From positions 896,001 through 960,000 of the forward strand of contig JBBCJC010000002.1 in assembly GCA_037189525.1 (NCBI GenBank): 64,000 bases of DNA, written 5' to 3'. How positions within the stretch are numbered: position 1 is the first letter of the stretch; each line of letters opens with the position of its first letter. The stretch comes from Gemmatimonadales bacterium (GTDB taxonomy: Bacteria; Gemmatimonadota; Gemmatimonadetes; Gemmatimonadales; GWC2-71-9). The position numbers and the translations under genes were made by a program. This document shows positions 18,656-27,565 of the stretch, piece by piece. Under the pieces are notes generated by a model. The model did no database searches, was not told the DNA's origin, and saw only the letters and a program-made list of their open reading frames with translations.

Positions 18656-20407
18656 TCAGAGGCCGAAGACGGTCAGGACGCCGCCCTGCGGCGAAATAGT
18701 CGCGAAGTTGGGAAAGGCGCCGCTTGCTCCGGAGCCCAGCCATCCTCCGGTGCCGGACAGCACGGCGATGTACTGTTTCCCGTCCGGTCCCTGGAACGCG
18801 ATCGGGCTGCCAACGATGCCGGACGGCGTCTTGTACTTCCATACCTCGAGCCCCGACTTGGCGTCGACGGCTTTGAGCCACCCGTCCATGGTGCCGTAGA
18901 AGACGAGACCGCCCGCCGTGGTCAGGGCTCCACCGGAGACCGGATACTCCTCCTGCAGCTGCCACGCGATGGTCCCGGTCCCGGGATCCCAGGCAATGAA
19001 TCGTCCTCGGCTCGGCCCGGGACCGGCGCTCATGCGGATCCGGGCGCCGAGATAGGGCTTCCCGGCGCTGTAGGTGACCGCGACGGGCTCGAGTTCCATG
19101 CAGAGATTGGTGGTCGGGACGTAAAGCAGGGACGTCAGCGGCGAAAAGGCGGCCGGCTCGAGCCCCTTGGTACCGACGCTTGCCGGGCAGATGTTGCGGC
19201 GCGCGCCAGCCGGTCGCTGCGCAAGGGCGGTGTCGACGACCGGCATGCCCGAGCCCAGGTCGATCCGGTTGGCCCAGTTGGCCGGCCCGAACCGCTCGGC
19301 GAGCAGGACCCGTCCCGAGGTGCGGTCGATGGTGTAGGCAAACCCGTTCCGATCGAGATGGACCAGCGCCTTGACCGGCTGGCCGGCTACGGTCAGATCG
19401 ATCAGGATGTTCTCGTTCGAGGCGTCGTAGCCCCACTGATCGTGCGGGGTCACCTGGTAGGCCCAGCGGACCCGGCCGGTCGTAGCGCTGCGAGCGAAAA
19501 TGGTCGACGCCCACTTGTTGTCGCCGGTGCGCAGCGAGGCGTTGTACGGACCGGGATGATCGGTGCCGTAGTAAATCAGATCGAGCTCGGGATCGTACGA
19601 GATCCATCCCGACGCGGTGGCGCCGCCCTGTCGCCATTGCAACCCGGGCCAGCTCGAGACGCCGAGATCGCGCCCGCGGTGCGAGGGGTAGTGCGAGTTG
19701 GCTTCGCCGTCGATCAGGACCTCGGCATCCGGGCCGGTGTGAAAGCCCCGCCAGATCAGCTGGCCGGTGTTGGCGTCATAGCCGCTGATCGAACCGCGCA
19801 CTCCGAATTCGGCGCCGCCCGTGCCCACGATGACCAGGTCTTTGACCACCAGCGGCGCGGCCGGCATGGTGGCGCCTTCCCGGCTCTCGGCGTTGCGCAC
19901 CCGCCAGATTTCCTTGCCGCTTTTGGCGTCGAGGGCGGCGAGGTCGCCGTGGAGCAGGGGGACGTACAGCTTGCCGCTCGGATGATAGGCCAGGCCGCGG
20001 CTGCCGACGTCGCAGCAGGCGGTGGGCGGAGTGGTCCGGGCAATCGCCGCGGGCACGGCATAGCGCCAGAGAATGGGCGCGCCCGGCTTGGCCAGGTCGA
20101 GCGCATAGACCGCGTTGGGAAACGGGGTATGGACGAACATCACGCTGCCCACCACCAGCGGATTGCCTTCATGGGCGCGGAGCAGGCCGGTGCTCGTGCT
20201 CCAGACCGGTTTGAGGCCGGTCACCGTGCTCGTACTGATCTGCGTCAGGGGGCTGAAACGGGTCAGGGCGTAATCCCGGCCCGGCAGTTCCCAGCTACCC
20301 TCGGGTGAGGTCGCAGGCCAGGCCGGTGCGGCGGGACGCGGCTGGGCCGACCCGGTATGCCAGGCCAGCGAAAGTGCCGCAAATCCGATCAAAACCGACC
20401 TTCTCAT
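18656..20407 (-). CDS. PQQ-dependent dehydrogenase, methanol/ethanol family (XoxF-like, atypical active site)
   Basis: Signal peptide; RAHEG, ACCDVGSRG, GGAEFGVRG, TPHDQWGYD, DRNGFAY, GLVFYGTMDG. Confidence 0.88.
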   Translation of the reverse strand: MRRSVLIGFAALSLAWHTGSAQPRPAAPAWPATSPEGSWELPGRDYALTRFSPLTQISTSTVTGLKPVWSTSTGLLRAHEGNPLVVGSVMFVHTPFPNAVYALDLAKPGAPILWRYAVPAAIARTTPPTACCDVGSRGLAYHPSGKLYVPLLHGDLAALDAKSGKEIWRVRNAESREGATMPAAPLVVKDLVIVGTGGAEFGVRGSISGYDANTGQLIWRGFHTGPDAEVLIDGEANSHYPSHRGRDLGVSSWPGLQWRQGGATASGWISYDPELDLIYYGTDHPGPYNASLRTGDNKWASTIFARSATTGRVRWAYQVTPHDQWGYDASNENILIDLTVAGQPVKALVHLDRNGFAYTIDRTSGRVLLAERFGPANWANRIDLGSGMPVVDTALAQRPAGARRNICPASVGTKGLEPAAFSPLTSLLYVPTTNLCMELEPVAVTYSAGKPYLGARIRMSAGPGPSRGRFIAWDPGTGTIAWQLQEEYPVSGGALTTAGGLVFYGTMDGWLKAVDAKSGLEVWKYKTPSGIVGSPIAFQGPDGKQYIAVLSGTGGWLGSGASGAFPNFATISPQGGVLTVFGL

Positions 20408-20460
20408 GCCTACCGACCCCATCCAAGAGACCGTGAAGGGTATCCGGGGGCAGGCGAGGG

Positions 20461-21228
20461 TCAATCCTCCAGCAGGGCGCCGTCGGACTCGGGCGGCTCG
20501 ACCGGGCAGCCCAGCAGGTTGACCGGGGTACCGGGAGGCGTGCCGGGGCAGCGGTCGATCCCATCAGGAACGCCGTCGCGATCCGCGTCGGTGGGACAGC
20601 CGCGATCGTCGACCAGCGCGCCGAGTGGAGTGGACGGACATCGGTCCCGGCCGTCGGGTACGCCGTCGCGGTCGGTGTCGACGCCGTTGTCCACCCTGAC
20701 CCGGCTACCGAATCGCGGTATCACCGAGACGCCGGCCGCCGCTGAAAATGCGGTATACTCGTACGCCGAGCGACTTCTGACCGATCCCTCGGCGCGGAAC
20801 TGAATCATCGGCGTGAAGGCCAGGCGAACGCCGAGTCCGCCGTTCAGGGCGCTATGGGAGGGGCATGGGATCTGATTGACCACGCAGTTCCGGGGCGACA
20901 GCCAGCCGTATCCGGCGCGCAGGTACACGCTCCCGACTTCCAGCGGCACGTTGTAGAGCACGCTTCCGCCGTAGTGGAACAGCTGGGCCCGAGCGCCGCC
21001 CGACCCTTGGGGGCTGGTAAAATCGAGCTGGCCTTCGAGGCCCAAGTTGGCCGGAAGCCAGACCCCCAATCGCCCGCCGACACCGAAGCCGCGCAGCAGC
21101 CCCATGGTGGCGGTTTTGGTGTGCCAGACGCCGAGTGCCGACAGTTCGACCGAGCCGGCGGACTGGGCGGGAAGAGCCATCGGGCTGGCGGCAGCGATGC
21201 CGGCGAGAATCCAGGGAACGAGACGCAT
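20461..21228 (-). CDS. Outer-membrane beta-barrel protein with two thrombospondin type-3-like repeats
   Basis: Signal peptide, amphipathic strands, DTDRDGVPDGRDRCP and DADRDGVPDGIDRCP; no OmpA C-terminal domain follows. Confidence 0.75.
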   Translation of the reverse strand: MRLVPWILAGIAAASPMALPAQSAGSVELSALGVWHTKTATMGLLRGFGVGGRLGVWLPANLGLEGQLDFTSPQGSGGARAQLFHYGGSVLYNVPLEVGSVYLRAGYGWLSPRNCVVNQIPCPSHSALNGGLGVRLAFTPMIQFRAEGSVRSRSAYEYTAFSAAAGVSVIPRFGSRVRVDNGVDTDRDGVPDGRDRCPSTPLGALVDDRGCPTDADRDGVPDGIDRCPGTPPGTPVNLLGCPVEPPESDGALLED

Positions 21229-21408
21229 TGCCAATAGATACGCCTGGAGCGAGACGGGGACAAGCAGGGTGATTTCAGGGCCCGGTGGCCTCGCCCGGGG
21301 CTGGACCACGCCGCGCATTCGCTGCTAGGATACCGACTCGAATCGAATCGCAGCAACTTCACCGACGGCCGGCGAGCCGGCCGAGGACGCGTTCGTGCGC
21401 GGAGACAG

Positions 21409-22557
21409 ATGAGAATCGCGATATCGACCGGTGGCGGAGACGCGCCCGGCCTCAACGCCGTGATCCGCGCCGTGGTGCTGTCTGCGCACCAGCGGGGCTG
21501 GGAATGTTTCGGGATCCGCCGCGGCTATGATGGCCTCTATCAGCGCGGCGAGGAGCATCCGTACGCCTACGCAAAACCGTATCGCGGCCCCGAACGTCGT
21601 CATGACCCGCCCGATGGCGGCCTCATTGCGCTTGGTCCGAACGAGGTGCGCGGCATTACCCACCTGGGCGGCACCATCCTGGGCACCTCGAATCGCGGCA
21701 ATCCCTTCAACTGGCCGACGCTGACGCCCGACGGCACGGTGGTCGAGGTCGATCGATCGGACGAACTGGTCGATTCATTCCGCCGCCACCGACTGGATGC
21801 GCTGGTGGCCATCGGCGGCGACGGCAGTCTCTCGATTGCGCACGGTCTCTGGGAGAAAGGCATTCCGGTCGTCGGCGTTCCCAAGACGATCGACAACGAC
21901 GTGGTGGGCACCGAGGCGACCTTCGGTTTCGATACCGCCGTCTCGACCGCCACCGATGCCATCGACAAGCTGCACACCACCGCGGCGAGCCACGACCGGG
22001 TCATGGTGGTGGAACTGATGGGACGTTACGCCGGATGGATTGCGCTGCACAGCGGACTCTCCGGTAGCGCCGACGTGATTCTGATTCCGGAAATTCCCTA
22101 CGACATCGAACGCGTCTGCGACAAAATTCGGGCCCGCGAAGCGGCGGGGCGGAATTTCTCGATCGTCGTCGCGGCCGAAGGGGCCCGCCCACGCGGCGGG
22201 TCGGTCGCGCTGCTCGAAAATGCTCGTGCCGGGGCGGCCGAGCGGCTGGGCGGCGTCGCTGCGCAGGTTGCAGCCGCGATCGAAGACCGTACCGGCAAGG
22301 AAACCCGCAGTCTGGTGCTCGGCCACCTGCAGCGGGGCGGGTCGCCGACGACGTTCGACCGGCTCCTGGCGCTCCGCTTCGGATCGGCGGCGGTCCGGGC
22401 CATTGCCGAGGGCGCGTTCGGGTCGGTGGTGGTCTACTCGCCGCCGACGGTGACTCGGCGGCCGATTGCGGACGTGATGGGGCGACAGAAACTGGTCCCG
22501 CTCGACAGCGGGATCATCCTGACCGCCCGGAATCTCGGGATTTCGTTCGGCGACTAG
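21409..22557 (+). CDS. pfkA: 6-phosphofructokinase
   Basis: TGGGDAPGLN, GGTILGTS, IGGDGS, PKTIDND, MGRYAGW, LGHLQRGG. Confidence 0.93.
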   Translation: MRIAISTGGGDAPGLNAVIRAVVLSAHQRGWECFGIRRGYDGLYQRGEEHPYAYAKPYRGPERRHDPPDGGLIALGPNEVRGITHLGGTILGTSNRGNPFNWPTLTPDGTVVEVDRSDELVDSFRRHRLDALVAIGGDGSLSIAHGLWEKGIPVVGVPKTIDNDVVGTEATFGFDTAVSTATDAIDKLHTTAASHDRVMVVELMGRYAGWIALHSGLSGSADVILIPEIPYDIERVCDKIRAREAAGRNFSIVVAAEGARPRGGSVALLENARAGAAERLGGVAAQVAAAIEDRTGKETRSLVLGHLQRGGSPTTFDRLLALRFGSAAVRAIAEGAFGSVVVYSPPTVTRRPIADVMGRQKLVPLDSGIILTARNLGISFGD

Positions 22558-22915
22558 CGCGGGTCCATCGTTTGACGAACGGATCGGCCGGGCCTGTCAG
22601 GCTCGAGTCCGGTCCGGGCCGCCAGGTGAGCTGAGCTTCGATCAGGCCGGCCACCTCCACGTCCTTGGCGGTAATGCCGCCCGCGCTGTGAGTGGCCAGC
22701 GACACCGTCAGCTTGGGCCAGGTCACCAGCAGGTCCGCATGGTGGTCGGCAGCTTCGCAGATGAACGCGATCGCGTTTGCCGCGAGCATCGAGCCCCGCC
22801 ACCCGTCGGTGGCGTAGACCCGCCGCAGCACGCCGTCGACGTGCCGCCATTGGGAAAGTCGTGACAGCGCCGACGCGATTTCCTGATCCGAAAGCACTCG
22901 ATCCTTCGTTGCCAT
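22514..22915 (-). CDS. Pterin-4-alpha-carbinolamine dehydratase
   Basis: EAADHHADL, LATHSAGGITAKD. Confidence 0.85.
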   Translation of the reverse strand: MATKDRVLSDQEIASALSRLSQWRHVDGVLRRVYATDGWRGSMLAANAIAFICEAADHHADLLVTWPKLTVSLATHSAGGITAKDVEVAGLIEAQLTWRPGPDSSLTGPADPFVKRWTRASRRTKSRDSGRSG

Positions 22916-22977
22916 GCGATCCGTCCTTTCGTCGCGGGTCTGTCGTTAGGTCCGGCCGTGCCGCGCGTCGGATGCCC

Positions 22978-23493
22978 TCAGCCGGCGACCAGCAGGTCGT
23001 ACCGGCCGCTCTGGCCGGAGCTTTCCTCCACGTCGACCAGAACTCTGCGCAGCGTGGCGGCGCCTTCGGCCGCCAAGCCCTCGACCACGGCCCGGGCCAG
23101 GTGCTCAGCCAGCAGCTCGGCCGTCGTGTCGGTCACGTCGACGATGGCGACGTGGGCGGTCGGAAACATGAATCGCCGGGCCCCGCGGTAGTCGACCAGG
23201 GTCGTGTCCCCCTCGGTGCGCACCGTCACGGCAGGATTCCCGCCTGGAATCAGCACCCGATGGTCGATCCGGTCGATCACCGGTCGCAAGACCCGCTTGA
23301 CGGCGGCGAAATCCACCACGAACCCGGTGGTCCGATCCACCTCGCCCTCGGCCACGACCGTCACGACATAGTTGTGACCGTGCAGCGCTTCGCATTTGTG
23401 ACCGGGAATGGTCAGGAAATGCGCGGCCGAAAAGGTCAGGTAGTCTTTCGAGACCGAGACGGAAAAGGTGCCGCGGGGTTCAGGTCGGGCCAT
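22978..23493 (-). CDS. 6-pyruvoyl-tetrahydropterin synthase / QueD family
   Basis: FSAAHF, CEALHGHNY, IDH, TTAE, VEE. Confidence 0.88.
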   Translation of the reverse strand: MARPEPRGTFSVSVSKDYLTFSAAHFLTIPGHKCEALHGHNYVVTVVAEGEVDRTTGFVVDFAAVKRVLRPVIDRIDHRVLIPGGNPAVTVRTEGDTTLVDYRGARRFMFPTAHVAIVDVTDTTAELLAEHLARAVVEGLAAEGAATLRRVLVDVEESSGQSGRYDLLVAG

Positions 23494-24823
23494 GGGCGGG
23501 CTCAGTTTCGGGTTGCCAGTCGCGACAGGCCTGCGCAGCGCGGCGGAACGGCTTGAGGCCGAGCAGCAGGATCGCGGCGGCGAGGATGAGGCCGGACGTC
23601 GTGACCACGATCAGCGAGCGACCGATCATCAGGTCGTCCTGGAACACCGAATCCGTGAAGAAGGCCACCAGGAACGGGCCCAGCGCCTGACCGATCAGAT
23701 TGATCACGAACAGGTAGATCGCCGAGGTCTGCCCGCGCATCGGAACTGGCGAGATCTCCTGGATCGCGGCGGCGGCGGCTCCGAAGCCGAACGAGGCGAA
23801 GAAGGTGGTCGGCACGAGGGTCCATGCCACGAGGCTAGTCGGCGACAGGAAGAGGATCAACCCCGTGACGAGTTCGAAGCTCAAGCCGAACAGACCGACG
23901 CGGAGCTTGGCGTCGGTAAAGCCGCGGCGGGCCAGCCGGTCGCCCAGCCAGCCGCCGGCCACCACCCCGGCCACGCCGAAGGTTGCGGTCCAGAGCCCGT
24001 AGTTGAGACCGACCTGTTGCGGGGTCCACTGGTGGGCGCGCTGCAGCCAGGTGGGCACCCAGTAGGCCCAGCCGTAGTTGACCAGCGAGATCATGGCAAA
24101 GCCCAGATTGTGACCCAGAAAGGCGCCCCGATGGGTCCGAACCCAGCGGGTCACCTCGGCCACGGACACTGGCGTGGTCGAGGTTCCGCCACTCATGGCG
24201 CCCCGCACCGGTTCCCGGAGGGTCGCCACCCAGAGAGCGATCAGCAGGCCGGGCAGGCCGATCACGATGAAGACGAGCTGCCAGGGCCGGACCGCGCCGA
24301 GGATGGGGACCATCAAGGACGCCTCGCCGGCGAGCTGCCCGGTGATCCAGCCGCCCACCATCATGGCAATGCCGCTGCCCAGGTAGATGCCCAGCGAGTA
24401 GACGCTGATGGCGGTACCGAGCCGCTCCCGCGGGAAATAATCGGCAATCATCGAATAGGCCGGGGGAGACAGTGCGGCCTCGCCGACCCCGACGCCGACC
24501 CGGGCCAGGAACAGGTGCCAGTAATGACGGGCGCCGCCCGACAGCGCCGTCATCACGCTCCAGAGCGCAATGCCCCACGCCATGATCTTCCGGCGGCTGG
24601 AGCGGTCTGCCCAGCGACCGATCGGCAGGCCCAGGATGCTGTAGAACAGGGCAAAGGAGAGCCCCATCAGCAAGCTCATCTGGGTGTCGCTGATCTCGAG
24701 ATCCCGGCGGATCGGGGCGACCATGAGCGCCAGGATCTGCCGATCGACGAACGAGCAGACGTAGGCAATCATCAAGACGACGACGACGTACCAGGAATAG
24801 GCCGGGCGGTACTGGTCGGTCAC
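23480..24823 (-). CDS. MFS transporter (spinster-like)
   Basis: SFVDRQIL, GRWADRSSRR, ARVGVGVGEA; GTG start at 24823. Confidence 0.9.
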   Translation of the reverse strand: MTDQYRPAYSWYVVVVLMIAYVCSFVDRQILALMVAPIRRDLEISDTQMSLLMGLSFALFYSILGLPIGRWADRSSRRKIMAWGIALWSVMTALSGGARHYWHLFLARVGVGVGEAALSPPAYSMIADYFPRERLGTAISVYSLGIYLGSGIAMMVGGWITGQLAGEASLMVPILGAVRPWQLVFIVIGLPGLLIALWVATLREPVRGAMSGGTSTTPVSVAEVTRWVRTHRGAFLGHNLGFAMISLVNYGWAYWVPTWLQRAHQWTPQQVGLNYGLWTATFGVAGVVAGGWLGDRLARRGFTDAKLRVGLFGLSFELVTGLILFLSPTSLVAWTLVPTTFFASFGFGAAAAAIQEISPVPMRGQTSAIYLFVINLIGQALGPFLVAFFTDSVFQDDLMIGRSLIVVTTSGLILAAAILLLGLKPFRRAAQACRDWQPETEPAHGPT

Positions 24824-25043
24824 GTTCGGGGACTCTCCCGCTGGTGGCGAGATGTGGGCGGGGGTGGATCGGCTGCTAATGCCGGCGCTCGGGTCGAGCG
24901 GGAAACATAGGCCGCGCGCGATGGCGCGCCAGCGGGATCGGAGAGGACACCTGTCCACGTCCCGATGTCATCGTCGTCCAGAATCGTGGACAGGTCAGCA
25001 GGTGCTCATTTTGTATCTCGTTGAATAGCAACGTGTTGCGGTG

Positions 25044-25060
25044 TGGCACGCCACTGGCAT
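25044..25060 (+). promoter_or_regulatory. Putative sigma54 promoter
   Basis: TGGCACGCCACTGGCAT (GG-N10-GC); IHF-like TAGCAACGTGTTG at 25026-25038; 11-bp inverted repeat at 24949-24959 / 24985-24995. Confidence 0.55.
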
Positions 25061-25114
25061 ATGGGTCTGGCGGGGACGCAAACCCGCATCCGGCACGAAT
25101 GCCAGGAGGTTACC

Positions 25115-25597
25115 GTGATCAGCCGTCGCAGCTCCGTAGGGCTTGGCTTTGCAACACTTGCCACGCTCGGCTTGTCGGTTCCTGCGGAGTCCCAGAGGGT
25201 TTCCGCCGATATCTACGTGAGCGGCTCACCGGTGTCTGGCGTGGTTCGGATCGGTGATCATCCCCGCCCCCGGCATGTCGTGGTGGAACGCCACGTGATG
25301 ATCGAGCCGCGCCGGGATTGGAGTCCGCGGCACTATCGTGACGCCAAAGTGGTCGTGGTGTATTACGATCGCGGCCGCAACCTCTACTTCGACAAGCATC
25401 GTAAGGGTCTCGAGCGGGTTCGGGTGTTCAGGCTCAACGACCGCTACTACCGCTACGACGATTACGACCGCGACCGGCGGAACTATCGCACCAAGTATGA
25501 CCGGCACGACCGCAGAGACCGTCGCGATTGGGACGATCGATATGATCGTCGGGATCGGGACCACCGGGATGACCGGCGAGGACGCGGTCGGCATTAG
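25115..25597 (+). CDS. Small secreted hypothetical protein with an Arg/Asp-rich low-complexity tail
   Basis: GGAGG RBS then GTG; signal peptide; tail YDDYDRDRR...DRRDRDHRDDRR. Confidence 0.7.
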   Translation: MISRRSSVGLGFATLATLGLSVPAESQRVSADIYVSGSPVSGVVRIGDHPRPRHVVVERHVMIEPRRDWSPRHYRDAKVVVVYYDRGRNLYFDKHRKGLERVRVFRLNDRYYRYDDYDRDRRNYRTKYDRHDRRDRRDWDDRYDRRDRDHRDDRRGRGRH

Positions 25598-25696
25598 CAA
25601 CAATAGAAAGTCGGGTCAGCCAACCCTTCCAAATTGAGCCCCCTTGCTCAGACAATGGCTGACTCACAAGACCCGCGGCGCCCAGCCAAGGGTTCG

Positions 25697-25728
25697 AACA
25701 ACCCCGCGACGGCGGGGTTGTTTGCTTT
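25697..25728 (+). terminator. Rho-independent terminator-like hairpin
   Basis: AACAACCCCGC...GCGGGGTTGTT followed by TGCTTT. Confidence 0.55.
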
Positions 25729-25809
25729 GGGACGTTGCCGTGGGCGCAATCTGCTCCGAGATTTGATCCGGTACCCGGTTCGCCCCCCAATCGATGCGGA
25801 GATGCGGTC

Positions 25810-26448
25810 ATGATGGTGGTCACGGTTGCAGCGTTGCTTGCCGCGTGTACGGTTGCCCCGGCTCCCGGAACGGCCGGCGCCGTTCGGCTCGCGCGGACCG
25901 ATTCGCTGGTGGCCTTGTTCGAGACCGGCAGGACCTGGGAGGCGTTTCTCGCCGCGGCCAATGCCCGTCGGAGTACCTGGGAAGAGAATTACGGACGGGG
26001 GATCGTCACCGATTCGGCGCTGATTGCGCGGGCGCGGGCAGCCGGCGGCTGGCGCATCCTGGCGGTGGCCGAGGACTGGTGCGGCGATTCGGCCAACACG
26101 ATCCCGTATCTGGCCCGGCTGGTGGAGCAGGCGCCCGATCTGGAGCTGCGGATCGTCAATTCGACCGTGGGCAAGTGGGTCATGGATCGCTATCAGACCA
26201 GCGATGGACGGGCCGCGACCCCGACGGTGGTGGTACTCGACCGGGACGGGGCGCCGCAGGGATGTCTGGTCGAGCGCCCGCAGGCACTCAAGCAATGGAT
26301 CGTCGAGAACAAGCCGAAGCTGTCGGAAGAGGACTTCCGGAATCAGCGGATCGAGTGGTATCGAAGCGATGCGGGCGTGAGCACCGTGGCGGAATTCGTC
26401 ACGATTCTCGAGGCCGCGTCCGGGGGAACGCCGGTCTGCGCACCCTGA
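25810..26448 (+). CDS. Thioredoxin-fold lipoprotein (CxxS)
   Basis: Lipobox LAAC; AEDWCGDS; ATPT cis-Pro loop; ERP. Confidence 0.8.
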   Translation: MMVVTVAALLAACTVAPAPGTAGAVRLARTDSLVALFETGRTWEAFLAAANARRSTWEENYGRGIVTDSALIARARAAGGWRILAVAEDWCGDSANTIPYLARLVEQAPDLELRIVNSTVGKWVMDRYQTSDGRAATPTVVVLDRDGAPQGCLVERPQALKQWIVENKPKLSEEDFRNQRIEWYRSDAGVSTVAEFVTILEAASGGTPVCAP

Positions 26449-26550
26449 TCGGGGCCGGATTCGGGGTTCCGCCGAGGGCTCAATCGAATAAGCTTCGGGT
26501 CTGACACCGCGGGCGCTGCCCGCAGCGATTCCTCAGGATTGGAGTTCGAC

Positions 26551-27078
26551 GTGATTCGATTCGTTTTGCCCGTACTCGTCGTGGCGGCATTGGCCCCCGC
26601 GTCGTCGGCCGCTCAGGCCGGCCCCGAAGCGCGGCTCAAGGAACTGGGCATTACCCTGCCGGAGGCGGCGCCCCCGCTGGCGAACTATGTCCGGTCCGTG
26701 CGCACCGGGAACCTGGTCTTCCTGGCCGGGCATGGCCCCGCCCAGCCTTGGGGTCAGACCGCGACCGGCAAGCTCGGCAAGGATCTGACCGTGGCGCAGG
26801 GTGCGGAGGCCGCGCGGAATGTCGGGATCAACCTGCTGGCGACGCTCAAGGCGGAGATCGGGGATCTCGGCAAGGTGACGCGGATCGTCAAGGTGCTGGG
26901 CATGGTCAACGCGACCGAGAGCTTCACCCAGCATCCCGAAGTCGTCAACGGATTTTCGGATCTGATGGTGGCGGTCTTCGGTGAGAAGGGTAAGCATGCC
27001 CGCTCGGCGGTCGGGATGCAGTCGCTGCCCAGGGATCTCTCGGTCGAGATCGAAATGATCGTCGAGGTCGCGCCGTGA
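26551..27078 (+). CDS. RidA/YjgF family protein with a signal peptide
   Basis: ANYVRSVRTGNLVFLAG, VVNGFSDL, HARSAVG, VEIE. Confidence 0.9.
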   Translation: MIRFVLPVLVVAALAPASSAAQAGPEARLKELGITLPEAAPPLANYVRSVRTGNLVFLAGHGPAQPWGQTATGKLGKDLTVAQGAEAARNVGINLLATLKAEIGDLGKVTRIVKVLGMVNATESFTQHPEVVNGFSDLMVAVFGEKGKHARSAVGMQSLPRDLSVEIEMIVEVAP

Positions 27079-27557
27079 CCGAGCGCAGCCGGCTGGTGGA
27101 GGAACTCGATCGCGTGTTCCGGGGTGATCCCTGGTACGGACCGTCGGTCAGGTCCGTGCTGGAGGATCTGACGGCCGCGGAGGCTCGAGTCCATCCCGTG
27201 CCGGCTGCGCACTCGATCTGGGAAATCGTCCTGCACATGACGGGATGGAAGCACGAGGTGCGGTCCCGGCTGGCCGGTGCGCCGGCCGGAACTCCGCCAT
27301 CGGGAGACTGGCCGGTCGTGCCGGAGCAGGACAGCCAATGGAAAGAGGCGCTCGCCGCGCTCGAAGCGACCCACGACCGATTGCTGGCTGCGCTGCGCTC
27401 GGCCAGTGACGATGAGCTCGAAGGCCCGGTCCGGGATGAACGGAATCCGGCGTTGGGCACCGGAATGACGCAGTGGCAGACCCTGCGCGGCATCCTGCAG
27501 CACGACGTCTATCACCTCGGGCAGATCAGCCTGCTCAAACGCGCCGTCCGCGGCTAG
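27075..27557 (+). CDS. DinB family protein
   Basis: PWYGPS, HSIWEIVLH, QHDVYHLGQI (His triad). Confidence 0.88.
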   Translation: MTERSRLVEELDRVFRGDPWYGPSVRSVLEDLTAAEARVHPVPAAHSIWEIVLHMTGWKHEVRSRLAGAPAGTPPSGDWPVVPEQDSQWKEALAALEATHDRLLAALRSASDDELEGPVRDERNPALGTGMTQWQTLRGILQHDVYHLGQISLLKRAVRG

Positions 27558-27565
27558 CCGCCGGC

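Noticed and set aside
18651..19637. N-terminal half of the 656-aa ORF 17667-19637
   Set aside because: Out-of-frame overlap with the PQQ gene; the real protein starts at 18650 with a lipoprotein signal.
25430..25590. GACCG-rich repeats as a possible CRISPR or tandem array
   Set aside because: No constant repeat-spacer period; they encode the Arg/Asp-rich tail.
25685..25705. GGTTCGAAC resembling a tRNA T-loop
   Set aside because: No cloverleaf or acceptor stem can be formed.
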